Origin: Patescibacteria group bacterium
GTDB lineage: Bacteria > Patescibacteriota > Patescibacteriia > UBA9934
Assembly: GCA_041666205.1 (NCBI GenBank)
Contig: JBAYHI010000005.1
Span: 20,386-84,385 of the forward strand
Direction: 5' to 3'
Length of the DNA: 64,000 nucleotides
A model generated the notes under the pieces. It was given only the letters and a program-made list of their open reading frames with translations. It had not been told where the DNA came from and made no database searches. Position numbers and translations under genes: made by a program. This document shows positions 62,830 to 64,000 of the stretch, piece after piece; position 1 is the stretch's first letter; each line of letters starts with the position of its first letter.

Positions 62830-63753
62830 TTAATCATTTTTTGCTAAAAATCTCTCGCAATCAATCGCTGCCATACACCCAGTACCCGATGCCGTGATAG
62901 CTTGTCGATAGCTGTGATCTGTCACATCGCCACAGGCAAAAATTCCTGGCACCGATGTTTCCATACTCCCACATTGGTGAACAATGTACCCCACTGCATC
63001 GAGCTCAATTTTCCCCGCAAATAATTCTGTATTTGGTTTATGGCCAATTGCCACAAAACATCCTTGCGCATCGACCACGGTTTCTTCTTGCGTTTGCGAA
63101 TTCGTAAGAACAACGCGCTCAAGCGTTTGTGTGCCTTGGAATTCTTTTACTTGTGAATTCCAAATGAAAGAGATCTTTTCGTTTTTTTCAGCACGCTCAA
63201 TCATCGGCTTTGAAGCCGAGAGCACATCTTTGCGTACAACGATCGTAACTTTACTTGCATAGCGCGTGAGATACGTTGCCTCTTCGAGTGCAGCATCTCC
63301 CCCACCAACCACAACCACATGTTTATCGCGGAAGAAAAATCCGTCGCACGTGGCGCACGCGGAAATCCCGCGACCCTTGAGTTCGTTTTCTCCTGGAACC
63401 CCAAGCCAACGCGCTGAAGCGCCCGTTGCAATGATGATCGAATGTGTTTGATACGTCGTGCTCGCAGTCTTCACAGTGAATGGACGCGACGTGACATCAA
63501 CTTCCGTGACACGATCTGCCACAATTTCTGTGCCGTATTTTTTTGCCTGGCGTTCCATATTCTGCATAAGCGCTGCACCCAAAATCCCGTCGTCTTCGCC
63601 TGGCCAATTTTCGACGGTCGTGGTTGTAATGAGTTGCCCACCGGGTTCACCGCCGGCAATGAGGAGTGGAGAAAGTTGCGCGCGGCCCGTATAAATCCCT
63701 GCCGTATAGCCAGCAGGTCCCGAGCCAATGATGATAACGTTTTTGATGTCCAT
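62830..63753 (-). CDS. trxB: thioredoxin-disulfide reductase
   Basis: IIGSGPAGYTAGIY (FAD), redox CATCDG, NADPH site VVGGGDAALEEA. Confidence 0.9.
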   Translation of the reverse strand: MDIKNVIIIGSGPAGYTAGIYTGRAQLSPLLIAGGEPGGQLITTTTVENWPGEDDGILGAALMQNMERQAKKYGTEIVADRVTEVDVTSRPFTVKTASTTYQTHSIIIATGASARWLGVPGENELKGRGISACATCDGFFFRDKHVVVVGGGDAALEEATYLTRYASKVTIVVRKDVLSASKPMIERAEKNEKISFIWNSQVKEFQGTQTLERVVLTNSQTQEETVVDAQGCFVAIGHKPNTELFAGKIELDAVGYIVHQCGSMETSVPGIFACGDVTDHSYRQAITASGTGCMAAIDCERFLAKND

Positions 63754-63795
63754 ATATTTCTCACGATACTCGCCTCCCCGCCGAGTCGCAATGTG

Positions 63796-64000
63796 CTAGA
63801 GAAGTTTTGTAATTTTATCTTTCAAGGCTTCTTTGCTCATTGAGCCTGAAAATTGCTCAAGCACTTGTCCGCCTTTAAAAATCAAGAATGTTGGAATCGA
63901 CAAAATATTGAATTGACGCGCTAAATCGGGTTGCTCGTCTACGTTCACTTTCCCAAAAACCGCCTCGCTCATTTCCGCTTCAAGTTCCTCCACAAGCGGA
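63796..64000 (-). CDS. trxA: thioredoxin, C-terminal part (N-terminus incl. CGPC lies beyond window end)
   Basis: ...VNVDEQPDLARQFNILSIPTFLIFKGGQVLEQFSGSMSKEALKDKITKLL; frame is open to the window edge. Confidence 0.75.
   Translation of the reverse strand, partial: PLVEELEAEMSEAVFGKVNVDEQPDLARQFNILSIPTFLIFKGGQVLEQFSGSMSKEALKDKITKLL

Overview
This 64-kb window reads as a bacterial chromosome segment with mixed composition, roughly mid-40s % GC overall. It has a streamlined ribosomal-protein cluster and could come from a small-genome lineage such as a CPR/Patescibacteria-like bacterium; no rRNA lies in the window to confirm that.

The backbone is housekeeping genes:
- A long minus-strand S10-spc ribosomal cluster plus secY-adk-map (33.5-45.7 kb). 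uL30 is absent and several r-proteins carry extensions.
- A str region, rpsL-rpsG-fusA / tuf (45.7-50.5 kb), with a small Phd/YefM-like gene inserted between fusA and tuf.
- Replication and maintenance genes: topA, dprA, der, pth, folC, rel, parAB, scpAB, recO, ruvX, hisS, aspS, leuS, murA, ndk, gdhA, trxB and a partial trxA.
- Four tRNAs, all with CCA encoded: Val-CAC, initiator Met-CAU, Leu-CAA and Met/Ile2-CAU.

Several accessory or unusual loci interrupt the backbone:
1. An AT-rich four-gene minus-strand operon at the 5' edge (1-3898). It encodes a MazG-like NTP pyrophosphohydrolase, a DUF2075-type PD-(D/E)xK nuclease/SF1 DEAH helicase, a CHAT caspase-like protease and an unknown helical protein. 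A REP-associated Y1 transposase (RAYT) gene lies next to it, and the intergenic region carries three perfect palindromes. I consider this a candidate uncharacterised defence/conflict system.
2. A family of GTAGGGGC...GCCCCTAC REP-like hairpins, one sitting in-frame inside the RAYT gene. There is also a composite repeat element in two copies (5.7 kb and 53.6 kb) that share an 87-bp identical core, bounded by ctccactttctttg / caaagaaagtggag hairpins.
3. Two 'tRNA - hairpin-rich spacer - small GIY-YIG nuclease' modules.
4. A GC-rich 1.1-kb insertion between scpA and aspS. It carries three small membrane-protein genes, each with its own TTGAC promoter, GGAGG RBS and a near-identical terminator module.
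5. A GC-rich stand-alone PP2C phosphatase gene flanked by inverted repeats.
6. A roughly 250-nt terminator-bounded non-coding interval between ndk and murA, likely an ncRNA.
7. A split ComEC gene.

Many antisense ORFs in the track were rejected as artefacts.
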